A stretch of DNA of 64,000 nt, taken from Waterburya sp. Lineage in GTDB: Bacteria; Cyanobacteriota; Cyanobacteriia; Cyanobacteriales; Xenococcaceae. Position numbers and translations under genes: made by a program. The stretch lies in assembly GCA_965217895.1 (NCBI GenBank), contig CBDCJV010000002.1, positions 2,656,001-2,720,000 of the forward strand. The letters run 5' to 3'. The notes under the pieces are model-generated. The model was given only the letters and a program-made list of their open reading frames with translations, did not search any database and had not been told where the DNA came from. Positions 48,546-59,784 of the stretch are shown here, in pieces. The first letter of the stretch is position 1. Every line of letters begins with the position of its first letter.

Positions 48546-49706
48546 ATGAGTAAAGACTTAATTGCACCTCATGGTGGTGAATTAATCGATCGTTTGGCAA
48601 CCCCAGCCGAAAAAGAAGACTTTCTAGCCAAAGCCGACTCTTTACCCAGAGTTCAGTTAGACGAAAGAGCTACATCCGATCTGGTCATGATCGCCATTGG
48701 CGGATTTAGCCCAATTAATGGCTTTATGGGTCAAGAAGACTATATAGGCGTAGTGGAAAAAATGCGTTTAGCTAATGGTTTACCTTGGTCTATACCTGTG
48801 ACTCTCTCCGTAACTAAAGAGGTTGCCGATCCTTTAGAAGTAAATAGTTTGATTCGTTTAGATAATCCTGATGGCAAATTTGTTGGGGTTTTACAGCTAA
48901 AAGAGAAGTATAGCTACGATAAGAAGCACGAGGCTGCAAACGTTTACGGCACGGAGGAAGACAAGCATCCTGGAGTCAAAGTGATTTATGACCAAGGAGA
49001 AATCAATCTAGCTGGCAAAGTCTGGTTGCTAAAAAGAGAAGATCACCCTCAGTTTCCTGAGTATCAAATCGATCCTGCTGCCTCTAGAGCCATGTTTAAA
49101 GACAGAGGCTGGAAAACGGTAGTCGGCTTTCAAACTCGTAATCCAATTCACCGCGCTCACGAATACATTATCAAGTGTGCTTTAGAAATTGTTGATGGTT
49201 TGTTTCTTCATCCTTTGGTGGGAGCAACAAAAAGCGATGACATTCCTGCTGATGTCCGAATGCGCTGTTACGAAATCATGATGGAAAACTATTTTCCTCA
49301 AGAACGAGTAATTTTAGCTATTAATCCCTCTGCCATGCGTTATGCAGGACCAAGAGAAGCTATTTTCCACGCTTTAATTCGCAAAAATTATGGCTGTACT
49401 CACTTTATTGTTGGTCGCGATCACGCTGGAGTAGGTGACTATTATGGAACTTATGATGCTCAAGAAATTTTTGGAGAATTTGCACCAGAAGAACTAGGTA
49501 TTACACCTCTCAAGTTTGAACACGCCTTTTACTGCACGCGAACAGAACAGATGGCAACAGCTAAAACTAGCCCTGCAACTAAAGATGAGCGAATTCATTT
49601 ATCAGGAACAAAGGTAAGGGCTATGTTAAGAGAAGGCAAAACACCTCCACCTCAATTCTCTCGTCCTAAAGTTGCCGAAGAACTAGCTAGAGCCATGAAA
49701 GCTTAA
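48546..49706 (+). CDS. sat: sulfate adenylyltransferase
   Basis: [35 protein letters not shown]. Confidence 0.97.
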   Translation: MSKDLIAPHGGELIDRLATPAEKEDFLAKADSLPRVQLDERATSDLVMIAIGGFSPINGFMGQEDYIGVVEKMRLANGLPWSIPVTLSVTKEVADPLEVNSLIRLDNPDGKFVGVLQLKEKYSYDKKHEAANVYGTEEDKHPGVKVIYDQGEINLAGKVWLLKREDHPQFPEYQIDPAASRAMFKDRGWKTVVGFQTRNPIHRAHEYIIKCALEIVDGLFLHPLVGATKSDDIPADVRMRCYEIMMENYFPQERVILAINPSAMRYAGPREAIFHALIRKNYGCTHFIVGRDHAGVGDYYGTYDAQEIFGEFAPEELGITPLKFEHAFYCTRTEQMATAKTSPATKDERIHLSGTKVRAMLREGKTPPPQFSRPKVAEELARAMKA

Positions 49707-49769
49707 TAGTCTAGGACATTACCTCGTTACGAGATAATTTATGAATTACTAAAGTAAAACACTATAATT

Positions 49770-49813
49770 GGTTACAGGTTGAGAATACTTAAGCTAGTCT
49801 CAATCTGTAACCT
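49770..49813 (+). terminator. hairpin after sat
   Basis: GGTTACAGGTTGAGA ... TCTCAATCTGTAACC followed by T-tract. Confidence 0.6.
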
Positions 49814-49885
49814 TTTTGATTTTAAATAATATTTAACAGCTATTGCTGATAGGCTGATAGCTGATATTAAAAGCTAGTAGCTGAT

Positions 49886-52177
49886 ATGATTGATCGCCGA
49901 ACTTTTCTACAGCAGGCTGGATTGGCTTTGTTTACTTGGGGAGCAACCGAAGCAGGAATCTCATCTTTAGACAAAAATAGTCAATTAGCAGCCTTAGTTA
50001 AAAATTATCATCAAACTTTAGCAGCATCTACTAGTCGCAAGCTAGCTTTGCTTGTGGGCATTAATCGCTATCCTGAGCATGAACATCTAGATGGTTGTTT
50101 GACAGATGTTGAACTGCAAAGGGAACTATTAATTCATCGTTTTGGATTTAATCCCCAAGATATTGTTACCTTATGCGATCGCCAAGCCACCAGAGAAAAT
50201 ATTGAAACTGCTTTTGTTGAACACTTAGCTCAACAGGCTCAAGCTGATGATGTAGTAGTGTTTCATTTTAGCGGCTACGGTGGTCAAATCAAGATGCCTT
50301 TAGCTTCAGAGATGGCAACAGCTAACGATATAAATAATGTCGATCCCTTTAAACTAGTTAATAGTTTTGTACCTGTGGATGGGGTGCTACCTTCTCAAAA
50401 AATTTCTATTGCCAATAGCATTTTGCAAGATACTCTACTGGTATTGGCACAGTCTTTGTCTACCTCCAAATGCACTTTTGTTTTAGATACTAGCTTTAAT
50501 ACTACTCCTCGGAGCAAACATAGTAATCTCAGGGTGCGCTCGGTGACGGAGATTGCCGAGAATTCTAGTCCTCAAGAGTTGCTTTTTTTAGAACAGTTAC
50601 GCAGCGATTTTGCTGCTAAAGGACTTAAGCCCACCAAAAGATTATTATCCTTGCCTGGAGTTGTTCTTTCTGCAAGCAGCAATAATCAAGTGGCAGCAGA
50701 AAGACGGTGGAACGGCTTTAGCGCAGGACTATTCACCCACGCTTTAACTCAACATCTTTGGCATTTAACTCCCAGTAATAAGGTGCAAATAGCTTTAGCG
50801 AGAACAGCAGCGACCGTTGAGCAAACAATGGGTAGACAACAACAACCTTCTCTCAATAGCCCTGAAAAGTCGGCGATCGCCTATTATTTAGCTACCAGCG
50901 ATGCTACTAATGCCACGGGAGTTGTTAGCAAAGTCAGCAATAATATTATTGAAGTTAAACTTTTGGGTTTACCGGCAACAATTCTTGACTGTTATGGAGT
51001 TTACTCCTGTCTGCGTTTGCTATCTGCCGATAGTCTAGACGCGACTCAACTCCAAATGCAATCAAAAGCAGGTTTTGTTGGCAAAACCAAGGTTGTGCAG
51101 CCAGGTGCAGTTGATTTACCGCTTCTGGGGCAGTTAGTCCGCGAGAGTATTCGGATGCTAGAGCGTAACTTAGGGATAAACTTAGCCTTAGATGCTGATA
51201 TGCCGAGAATTGAACGAGTAGATGCCACTAGTGCTATTGCTAATATTTCGGGGGTCAACTTGGCGACCGCTTCGGGAGAGCAAAACGCTGATTGTCTTTT
51301 GGGTAAGATCGAGCGAATTTCAGCCAAAGATAGCAATTCAAACACTGAAAATCAAACCTCTAGCTACGGTTTATATACTGCTGGAGGAGAATTAATTAGC
51401 AAAACTACAGGTGTAGATGAAGAAGCAGTTAAAATTGCTATCGATCGCCTCAAGCCACAGTTTAACAATTTGCTAGCAGCTAAATGGCTCAAGCTGACTG
51501 ACAATGAATTTTCTTCAGGTTTAAAAGTAGGTGCTACCTTATCAACAGTCACAACCGAACAGCCTATCAATTTGCATAGAACAACTTTGGTCGCTGAGAA
51601 TGAATTGCCAGCCAAGAAGAAGCAAATTTTTTCTGGCGATCGCTATAGTGCCGAGCCAAATTATGATACTGTACCGATTTTAATTAAAGGTTTAGACATT
51701 CAACTTTCTTTGACTAATACTAGCGATCGACCGCTGTATCTGCTTATTTTGGGAATTAATTCTGACAGTAGTATTTTTGCCCTGTATACTCCTACTGAAT
51801 CGACACCAGCCGAAGCCCAGACGCAATTAAAAAATCTAGAGATTGCACCCCAGAGTGACCTGACAGTACCATCAGCAGAGGATTCTTGGAAATGGAAAGT
51901 TTCTGATTCTGTTGGTATAAATACTTTATATGCTGTTTTTTCTGTAAAACCATTTGCTAAGACCTTAACGGCTTTGGCAACCCAGCCAACCTTTAAACTA
52001 GACCAAGAGCAGATACTAAACGTGACTAACCCAATAGCTGTAGTCAATTCTTTAATGGAAGATTTACACCTTGCTAGTTCTGTACCTCCAGAGCTTTTAC
52101 CTAATGGCGATGTTTATGCCTTGGATGTAAATCACTGGGCAACCCTCAGCTTTATCTATGAAGTCGCTAATTCTTAA
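49886..52177 (+). CDS. caspase-family (C14) protein, inactive dyad, C-terminal DUF4384-like region
   Basis: RKLALLVGIN, LDGCLTDVEL, ATRENI, FHFSGYG, VLDTSF, GLFTHAL; DRRTFL Tat-like N-terminus. Confidence 0.85.
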   Translation: MIDRRTFLQQAGLALFTWGATEAGISSLDKNSQLAALVKNYHQTLAASTSRKLALLVGINRYPEHEHLDGCLTDVELQRELLIHRFGFNPQDIVTLCDRQATRENIETAFVEHLAQQAQADDVVVFHFSGYGGQIKMPLASEMATANDINNVDPFKLVNSFVPVDGVLPSQKISIANSILQDTLLVLAQSLSTSKCTFVLDTSFNTTPRSKHSNLRVRSVTEIAENSSPQELLFLEQLRSDFAAKGLKPTKRLLSLPGVVLSASSNNQVAAERRWNGFSAGLFTHALTQHLWHLTPSNKVQIALARTAATVEQTMGRQQQPSLNSPEKSAIAYYLATSDATNATGVVSKVSNNIIEVKLLGLPATILDCYGVYSCLRLLSADSLDATQLQMQSKAGFVGKTKVVQPGAVDLPLLGQLVRESIRMLERNLGINLALDADMPRIERVDATSAIANISGVNLATASGEQNADCLLGKIERISAKDSNSNTENQTSSYGLYTAGGELISKTTGVDEEAVKIAIDRLKPQFNNLLAAKWLKLTDNEFSSGLKVGATLSTVTTEQPINLHRTTLVAENELPAKKKQIFSGDRYSAEPNYDTVPILIKGLDIQLSLTNTSDRPLYLLILGINSDSSIFALYTPTESTPAEAQTQLKNLEIAPQSDLTVPSAEDSWKWKVSDSVGINTLYAVFSVKPFAKTLTALATQPTFKLDQEQILNVTNPIAVVNSLMEDLHLASSVPPELLPNGDVYALDVNHWATLSFIYEVANS

Positions 52178-52196
52178 GGGATGAAGGATGAAGTAA

Positions 52197-52260
52197 GTAG
52201 GGTGGGCAAACTAAAAACGAAGTGTGTCAACATACGCTAAAACCAAATTTGCCCACCTTA
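52197..52260. repeat. REP-like inverted pair
   Basis: GTAGGGTGGGCAAA ... TTTGCCCACCTTA. Confidence 0.6.
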
Positions 52261-52291
52261 TTGAAGTAATCAGTAATCAATTAAGTGCTAT

Positions 52292-53551
52292 ATGCAATCA
52301 ACTGACATCGTGATTTTGTCCAATGGACCAGGGGAAGTCGCAACTTGGGTACGTCCTGTGGTTGAATGTCTGCGTCAAACTTTGGGGGATGAACAACAAG
52401 TCAGAATTTCGGTTTTATTGTCTCCTTGTCCCCACAGTACGGGCAAAGAGGCAGCGATCGCTTTAAGCTATCGGCAAGTAGATCGGGTACTGCCAGCATC
52501 AAAGTTTTTTGGCTTTTTGCTTTGGGGTAAAACTCCAGACAATTGGCAATGGCACAAGCAGGGAATGGTAGTTTTCTTAGGCGGCGATCAGTTTTATACC
52601 GTTGCTATTAGCAAACGATTGAGATACTCTAGCTTAATTTATGCCGAATGGGATGCCCGTTGGTATCGCTTAGTTAATTACTTTGCGGCAATGAACCAAA
52701 AGGTAATCGAGGCAGTACCCAAATCTTATCAACACAAGTTTACTTTGGTAGGCGACTTGATGGCAGATACCGCCTTAGAAGTAAAAAACCAGTCTGGAAA
52801 ATTAGACCCAGACATTACCAAAATTGGTTTGCTCGTAGGTTCAAAACCCGCCAAACTAGCTCAAGGAGTTCCTTTATGTTTGGCGATCGCTCAAAAAATA
52901 CAGCAACAAAAGCCTCAAGCTCAATTTATCATTCCTGTTGCGCCCACTCTAGATTTAAGCGATTTGGGCAACTATGCTAATTCACAACATAACCCTTTGA
53001 TCTCATCTTTGGGCAACGTAGAAGGCAAATTAATCATATCGACAGAGGAAGATCTTGCTTATCTAGTTACTTCAGGAGGAACAAAGATCGAACTAATTAC
53101 CCAGTTTCCTGCCTATGAAACATTAGTCTCTTGTCAGCTTTGCCTGACAACCGTGGGTGCAAATACAGCTGAATTAGCATCTTTAGGAATCGCGATGATT
53201 GTTTTATTACCAACTCAGCAGCTAGATGCTATGCGCTCTTGGGATGGAATACCAGGAATTATGGCTAATCTACCAGGAGTAGGCACGTTTTTCGCCAAAC
53301 TAATCAATTGGCTAATACTTAAGCAAGGTCGTTTGTTTGCTTGGCCCAATATCTGGGCTGGGCGAGAAATAGTTCCAGAACTAGTTGGTAGGCTAAAACC
53401 TGAAACTGTTGCTGAGTTGGTGTTAGATTATCTCGCCCATCCTGATAAACTTGAAAAGATGCAGGCTAATTTGCTAGCGGTCAGAGGAAAGAGTGGTGCA
53501 GCGCAACAGATCGCAGATATAATAAAGCAAGAAATAACTAAAATTAACTAA
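52292..53551 (+). CDS. lipid-A-disaccharide synthase-like glycosyltransferase
   Basis: SNGPGE, VGDLM, LLVGSK, TTVGANTAELA, AWPNIWAGREIVPEL. Confidence 0.75.
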   Translation: MQSTDIVILSNGPGEVATWVRPVVECLRQTLGDEQQVRISVLLSPCPHSTGKEAAIALSYRQVDRVLPASKFFGFLLWGKTPDNWQWHKQGMVVFLGGDQFYTVAISKRLRYSSLIYAEWDARWYRLVNYFAAMNQKVIEAVPKSYQHKFTLVGDLMADTALEVKNQSGKLDPDITKIGLLVGSKPAKLAQGVPLCLAIAQKIQQQKPQAQFIIPVAPTLDLSDLGNYANSQHNPLISSLGNVEGKLIISTEEDLAYLVTSGGTKIELITQFPAYETLVSCQLCLTTVGANTAELASLGIAMIVLLPTQQLDAMRSWDGIPGIMANLPGVGTFFAKLINWLILKQGRLFAWPNIWAGREIVPELVGRLKPETVAELVLDYLAHPDKLEKMQANLLAVRGKSGAAQQIADIIKQEITKIN

Positions 53552-54225
53552 TTAGCTCAAGATCCCTATTCGGCAATGTTACCGAGTAGAACAGCTAATT
53601 TCCTTGCCAAAGATTACCCTTCAAGGTTATATTCAGGTTAAAATTTGGTAGAGTAACGTCTCAGCAACTCCTTAGTCGCTTAGTAATTTTAGTCAAAAGA
53701 ATGTAAAGTGAAATCATTGGCGCTCAACAGTTTGGAAAAACCTCAAGCTTACGCCTATGCAACTAACAGTATCTTCTAGCGATGGCAGAGCCAAACGCTA
53801 ATTTAAGGTTAATTGAACTTCCTTGGTTGCTAGAAATTACATCAATTGGCTATTGCTTTACTAATTTTAATGAAGTTTTAGTTACAGCTATTGATTATTA
53901 CTTTTGACTAGGGAATCTTCCTATAGTCTTCTGCTTAAAACAGAAGAAAACAAAGTAAAAAGCTAAATCCATAAAAAGACAAAAGATTAACTCCCAAGCA
54001 CCAGCCAAATAATTGAGACTGCTCAAACAGATATTATTTGTTAATATCTAAACGCCATAGATACATACGTGAAATTTACTGATTTATTTTTATTGCCTAC
54101 CTTTCTTGAATTGAAAAACACTGAAAAATAATTAAGATAAGACAAATTATTTCTGACTCAGTGAATTACATGGTTTTACGACAGGCTAACTAATAATCAG
54201 CCAGCAAAATTTTTGAGGAAAATTA

Positions 54226-56256
54226 ATGTCAAAACAGATAATTATTGCAGAACAACATCACATAGCTGCTGTTTTCTGGGAAGAACAAATACAAGAGTTA
54301 ATTGTTGCTACAGGTTATCAGCAAGTAAGTGATATTTACCTAGGTACGGTAGAAAATATTATTCCTGGTATCGATGCTGCGTTTGTTAATATTGGCAATA
54401 GCGAACGCAACGGCTTTATTCACGTCACAGATTTAGGACCATTACGCCTCAAAAGAAGCGCGGCAGCCATTACTGAACTTTTAGCTCCTCAGCAAAAGGC
54501 TTTAGTTCAGGTCATGAAAGAACCTACAGGCAATAAAGGACCAAGACTTACTGGAAATATTACTTTACCAGGACGTTACCTGGTCTTGATGCCCTATGGC
54601 AAGGGAGTTAAACTATCTCGTCGGATCGCCGATGAAAATGAGCGTAGTCGTCTTCGCGCCTTGGCAATTTTGATTAAACCACCAGGAATGGGTATCTTGA
54701 TCAGAACTGAGGCAGATGGTAAAGCCGAAGAAGCGATCATGGAAGATTTAGAGTTTTTGCAAAAGCAGTGGGAATCGATTCAGTACCAGGCAAACTACGC
54801 CAAACCTCCAGCTTTACTTAATCGGGACGATGACTTTATTCAGCGTGTTTTACGAGATACATACTCGGCTGAAGTTAATACTATTGTGGTTGACTCCTCT
54901 GCTGGAGTAAAAAGAGTCAAGCAACAGTTAATGAATTGGAGTAGCGGTCGCTCACCTCAGGGTGTCTTTATTGATTATCACCGCGAACAGCAGCCAATTT
55001 TAGACTATTATCGCGTTAATGCTGCAATCAAAGAGGCTCTTAAACCTAGAGTCGAACTGCCTTCTGGAGGTTATGTAATAATTGAACCAACAGAAGCCTT
55101 AACGGTAATTGATGTAAACTCAGGGTCGTTTACTCGCTCGGCAACTGCCAGAGAGACAGTGCTGTGGACAAATACTGAAGCTGCTACCGAGATTGCTCGT
55201 CAGTTGCGTTTACGGAATATTGGCGGGGTGATTGTAGTTGACTTTATTGATATGGATTCCCATCGAGATAAAATTAAATTATTAGAACACTTTAATAAAA
55301 GTCTCAAGGGAGATAAAGCCCGCCCGCAAATTGCTCAACTTTCGGAACTAGGGTTAGTAGAACTTACTCGTAAACGCCAAGGCAAAAATATATACGAATT
55401 GTTTGGTCAAACTTGCCATACTTGCGGTGGTTTAGGACAGATAGCCCATCTCCCAGGAAAATCAGAGGCAGAACCTTTAGAGACTTCGCCGATAATTTCT
55501 CCTGCTGCGATTCGTGAACCCGTTAATAATATTCGCCCTGTAATTCCCTCTCCTGTAGAACGGCCAGAAAAACCAGAGCTAGTCAACAACTCAACTTCAG
55601 ATCTAGGATACGATCGCAGTAGTCGTCAACCAGACTTAATTAATCATCCTAACTATCAAGAACAGGCAGGAAGTAGCAACGGTAATCGCCGTCGTCGTCG
55701 TAGTCGTCGCAACGATTTGTTAATCAAAGAAGAGTTAATCGAACAAGAAAATTTAGAGCAAAACAACAGAATTGATTCAGATAGTGAAAATAATACCGAA
55801 GAGCGCAAATCTCGTTCTCAATCCCGTTCTCCTCGTAGAGATGAAGCTAATTTAGAAAAAGTGACCATAGAAATGGATGGCATGGAACAGGAGATCTATG
55901 CCTTAATGGGTATATCTCCTCTAGTTTATGCCGACCAAGAAGCTAAAGACCCTAAATCTGTTTTAGTTTACGTCAAAAAACCTGGAGAAGAGTTAGCTGA
56001 ATTTGAAACAACAACTCAGGTTCATAAACAGCCAGAAGTTGAAAGAAAACCCAAAACTAAAGTCAAGAAGACCCAGAGCCAGGATAAAACTGAATTTGTC
56101 CCTGAACCAGAAGCTGAAGTTGAATTAGAGCCTGAAACTGAACCAGAGGTTAAAATCGAACCAGAATTAGAATCAGTAGCCGAGTCAGAAGCTTCAAATA
56201 CTGGTCGTCGTCGTCGCCGTCGTCGTTCTTCAGCCGCCCAAGAAGTTGAGGTTTAA
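54226..56256 (+). CDS. rne: ribonuclease E (Rne/Rng)
   Basis: S1 domain GIDAAFVNIG, KEPTGNKGPRLT, TVIDVNSG, VVDFIDM, CHTCGG, Arg-rich C-terminal boxes. Confidence 0.95.
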   Translation: MSKQIIIAEQHHIAAVFWEEQIQELIVATGYQQVSDIYLGTVENIIPGIDAAFVNIGNSERNGFIHVTDLGPLRLKRSAAAITELLAPQQKALVQVMKEPTGNKGPRLTGNITLPGRYLVLMPYGKGVKLSRRIADENERSRLRALAILIKPPGMGILIRTEADGKAEEAIMEDLEFLQKQWESIQYQANYAKPPALLNRDDDFIQRVLRDTYSAEVNTIVVDSSAGVKRVKQQLMNWSSGRSPQGVFIDYHREQQPILDYYRVNAAIKEALKPRVELPSGGYVIIEPTEALTVIDVNSGSFTRSATARETVLWTNTEAATEIARQLRLRNIGGVIVVDFIDMDSHRDKIKLLEHFNKSLKGDKARPQIAQLSELGLVELTRKRQGKNIYELFGQTCHTCGGLGQIAHLPGKSEAEPLETSPIISPAAIREPVNNIRPVIPSPVERPEKPELVNNSTSDLGYDRSSRQPDLINHPNYQEQAGSSNGNRRRRRSRRNDLLIKEELIEQENLEQNNRIDSDSENNTEERKSRSQSRSPRRDEANLEKVTIEMDGMEQEIYALMGISPLVYADQEAKDPKSVLVYVKKPGEELAEFETTTQVHKQPEVERKPKTKVKKTQSQDKTEFVPEPEAEVELEPETEPEVKIEPELESVAESEASNTGRRRRRRRSSAAQEVEV

Positions 56257-56273
56257 CCAATTATCAATTAACA

Positions 56274-56903
56274 GTGAGCAACGATCGCTTGGCGGACAAT
56301 TTCGACAATTCCTTACTATTAGAATTTATCTCCCCCGATACTTTAGTTGCGGGGGTAGATGAAGTTGGTAGAGGAGCTTTGTTTGGTTCAGTAGTAGCAG
56401 CAACAGTAGTTTTGCCTTTATCGGCTATTCCCAAATTAGTTGCTGCTGGAGTCAAAGATAGCAAAAAGCTCTCGGCTAAGAAACGTCAGGAACTTGTACC
56501 TTTAATTAAACAGATAATAACTGATTATTATGTTGGCTTTGCCAATGTTGCTGAAATAGACAGCATGAATATTTTACAGGCTTCATTATTGGCAATGAGG
56601 CGAAGCTTGTTGAAGTTAGAAGTTATTCCAGATATATGTTTAGTGGATGGCAAGTTTCCCATTCCTAATTTAGCAATTCCCCAAAAGACGGTGATTAAAG
56701 GAGACTTGCGATCGCCTGTAATTGCAGCAGCTAGCATTTTAGCTAAGGTGTGGCGAGATGAGTTAATTATTAGCCAAGCAGAGAAATATCCTGAATACCA
56801 TCTAGCTGCAAACAAAGGATATCCTACTGCTGACCATCGTTTAGCGATTCAAAAACATGGTATTTCCCTCGAACACCGACGTTCTTTTAAGTCCTGTCAA
56901 TAG
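56274..56903 (+). CDS. rnhB: ribonuclease HII
   Basis: AGVDEVGRG, DSKKLS, LVDG, IAAASILAKV, NKGYPT; follows rne. Confidence 0.95.
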   Translation: MSNDRLADNFDNSLLLEFISPDTLVAGVDEVGRGALFGSVVAATVVLPLSAIPKLVAAGVKDSKKLSAKKRQELVPLIKQIITDYYVGFANVAEIDSMNILQASLLAMRRSLLKLEVIPDICLVDGKFPIPNLAIPQKTVIKGDLRSPVIAAASILAKVWRDELIISQAEKYPEYHLAANKGYPTADHRLAIQKHGISLEHRRSFKSCQ

Positions 56904-57191
56904 CTGTTTGTAATGTAATAAATTATTAGATAGTATTTTAAGCAACTAGTAATTAGAAAATTCATACACCATCAAATTAGTAATGTTTATTCTAAACACC
57001 TAAGCTATAAAAATTTCAAATTTAATATTTATTAAATATCAATCAACTAATATTGTTACAGTTTTTCCTTCAATTTTAAATTTGTTACAAATCACTGGTA
57101 AATTATGACAGAAATCATAGCTTTAGAGTTTTTTTTTGAGAAAATGAAAATTATAAAGTGTAAAATGATGCCTTAAATTAATGTACCTGTT

Positions 57192-57935
57192 ATGTCCAAC
57201 AATTATAATGATCAGTTACCTATCGTTAATTCTACTGATATCTCAGTTGTTAACACTTCTTTTAGTCCAGTCACATATGAAAAGTTGTTTCAGAGTAGTC
57301 CTAGTAATGTAAATAATATAGATGTTGATACTAAAGATTTTATCTCTAGATATGCTAAAGCACATGATATTGAAACCCCTGTAAAACAAGCGTATGATGA
57401 GAAATTAGCTAATACCAAATCCAAAAAAGATGTTGAGACAAATAAGCAAACTTATATAATTATTGGTATAGTCTCGATTATATTATCTTTTTTCTTATCT
57501 TTAAACCATAAAAATGGAAGTGATAAAGCTGTAGTTAGTGTTCTGTTTTTTGGAGGTAGTATCATAACATTAGCGCAAGTTATTGGAAAAGGAAATTATA
57601 ATGATACGAGCAAGGCAAAAATAGCTAGAAAAATAAAAGCAGAAAATTATGAAATCTTAGCAAACTTTTATAATATATGTCTTATAAATGCGCGTCAAGA
57701 TTATCAAAAACATTTTGATTTTTTAGCTATTAATCCCACTTTAGAAGAAGTAGAACAATATTTAGATCAATATAAAAATAATGAATTATTAGATATTGTG
57801 CAACTTGAATTATATTTGGCTGCGTACAACAAGTTTTTAAGCACAAGGTCTACTTCTAACTATTTAGATAATGCAGATTTAGGTGTAAGCATTGGAATCG
57901 GATTTGCGTTTGATTTCTGGGAACTTTTCTCCTAA
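57192..57935 (+). CDS. AT-rich hypothetical membrane protein
   Basis: 247-aa ORF, two hydrophobic segments, no recognised motif. Confidence 0.6.
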   Translation: MSNNYNDQLPIVNSTDISVVNTSFSPVTYEKLFQSSPSNVNNIDVDTKDFISRYAKAHDIETPVKQAYDEKLANTKSKKDVETNKQTYIIIGIVSIILSFFLSLNHKNGSDKAVVSVLFFGGSIITLAQVIGKGNYNDTSKAKIARKIKAENYEILANFYNICLINARQDYQKHFDFLAINPTLEEVEQYLDQYKNNELLDIVQLELYLAAYNKFLSTRSTSNYLDNADLGVSIGIGFAFDFWELFS

Positions 57936-58070
57936 TAATAAATATTGTCACTATGCAAGTTAGTAAAGATAAAGTTGTTTTCAATAGAAATCATACCCAT
58001 TCCACTCTATGATTACCTAACTCAAATTAAATATTTGAAATTTTAAGTGTAGTGACTAAATAGTTAGAAT

Positions 58071-58655
58071 TTAGTATCCTGGATCGGGAGATAGTTTGGA
58101 TGAAGATTTCGTTTCTGGCTTAGTTTCTTGAGATGCCCAGACTCGATAATCCTGAACTAATTGAGTTGTCAGCTTTTGTTTAATTCTAACTAGAACGCTT
58201 TTGAGCAGTTTATTCCCTGCTTTTTCTAAAAATGGTTTAGGGGTAAACATTAAAGCAGTTGGTAACTCCACTTTTACTTCTAAATCAGCTTGACCCTCCA
58301 AGGTGGTATTGCCTGCTGACTCTTGAGCAGCTAAAATACCCTTGAGCTTGAGAGAAAAACGCCGATTGATATAGTCAATACCTTTAATTTGACAACCTTC
58401 AGATTTTAAATACACGCTGCCATTAGTACCAGACCAAACTTTTAACAGTACAATTGGCTGGAAATGATAAATTTCCATAAAGTTAATCGGTCGCATTTTC
58501 AACTCATATAAATCATCAGATACTTGCTTCATCAACTGCGGATCGGCGATCGCCTTTACCAGGCGTTTAGGTTGACGCAAATAATGCTGTATCGGAGTTT
58601 CCTCATTAGCTACCGATATCTGAACTAACTCTGAGGCACTGAAACTGACATTCAT
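58071..58655 (-). CDS. DUF1997 family protein
   Basis: PIQHYLRQPKRLV, ADLEVKVELP, LVQDYRVW. Confidence 0.8.
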   Translation of the reverse strand: MNVSFSASELVQISVANEETPIQHYLRQPKRLVKAIADPQLMKQVSDDLYELKMRPINFMEIYHFQPIVLLKVWSGTNGSVYLKSEGCQIKGIDYINRRFSLKLKGILAAQESAGNTTLEGQADLEVKVELPTALMFTPKPFLEKAGNKLLKSVLVRIKQKLTTQLVQDYRVWASQETKPETKSSSKLSPDPGY

Positions 58656-58783
58656 AAGTGAAACTACTGAAATCTTTACCTTTTATTAATTTTAGGTTAC
58701 ATTTCTTCAAAAATTATTTATATGTCGAAAAATTAATACTATGGTTAGATCTTTGTATTTGTGTTGAAAAAGATGCGATCGCT

Positions 58784-59629
58784 ATGAATCCTTCTCTTGC
58801 CTATTTAGGACCGACTGGAACTAACTCTGAAACTGCTGCCTTGGCATATGCAAAATGGTTAACCGTTAATAAAAATCAGACAGCGATTCTATGTCCTTAT
58901 CCTAGTATTGCTCTGGCATTACAGTCTGTTATTCAAGGTAAAGTTGATTATGCAGTCGTACCAATTGAAAATTCCGTTGAGGGAAGCGTTACGGTTGTTT
59001 TAGATACTCTATGGCAATCAACTAATCTCCAGGTACATCAAGAATTAACCATCCCTATTCTTCATGGATTATTATCTTACGCTCAATCATTAGAGCAAAT
59101 CAATACAGTTTACTCTCATCCCCAAGCTTTAGCTCAATGTCAGCAGTGGCTCGAAAAATTTTTACCTCAGGTTCAACTCGTCCCGACAAACTCTACTACC
59201 GAAGGCATACAAAAGCTCAAAGACGATTTAACCGCAGCAGCAGTTTCTGCTCCTAGAGCCGCACAATTATACCAAGTTCCCTTATTAAGACAGGATATTA
59301 AAGATCGCCCCGACAACTGTACTCGTTTTTGGATTGTTAGCTCTGCCATTAGCGATTGCGGTAGCCATCTTTCCTTGGCTTTTAGCCTGCCTCAAAACGC
59401 TCCAGGAGCATTGGTAAAAGCTTTAGAAATTTTTGCTCGTAGAGAAATTAACTTAAGCAAAATTGAATCTCGTCCGACTAAGCGTTCCTTAGGAGAATAC
59501 ATCTTTTTTATCGATTTAGAAGGCAATTCTCGTGATCTAGAAATTAGAGATGCTATCAATGATTTATCTGCCTGTACAGAGGTTTTAAAGATCTTTGGCA
59601 ATTACAGTCTTTTATCAATATTTACATGA
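58784..59629 (+). CDS. pheA: prephenate dehydratase
   Basis: AYLGPTGT, VVPIENSVEG, SHPQALAQC, NCTRF, NLSKIESRP. Confidence 0.95.
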   Translation: MNPSLAYLGPTGTNSETAALAYAKWLTVNKNQTAILCPYPSIALALQSVIQGKVDYAVVPIENSVEGSVTVVLDTLWQSTNLQVHQELTIPILHGLLSYAQSLEQINTVYSHPQALAQCQQWLEKFLPQVQLVPTNSTTEGIQKLKDDLTAAAVSAPRAAQLYQVPLLRQDIKDRPDNCTRFWIVSSAISDCGSHLSLAFSLPQNAPGALVKALEIFARREINLSKIESRPTKRSLGEYIFFIDLEGNSRDLEIRDAINDLSACTEVLKIFGNYSLLSIFT

Positions 59630-59784
59630 CCTCCATTGCCCTGAAAAAATTAGGCAATAGCTTTGTTGAGGCTGGCTTTTTTAAAGTACGAATATTCAAT
59701 TTAAAGGGTTGAGTTGGGATCTTAATGTTTTTTATTGAGATTTAGAAACAGGGAAAGCCAAAGCTCTCCCCGAACATGAAACTA

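Noticed and set aside
58658..58783. N-terminal extension of pheA
   Set aside because: Covers the divergent promoter region; conserved domain starts at ATG 58784.
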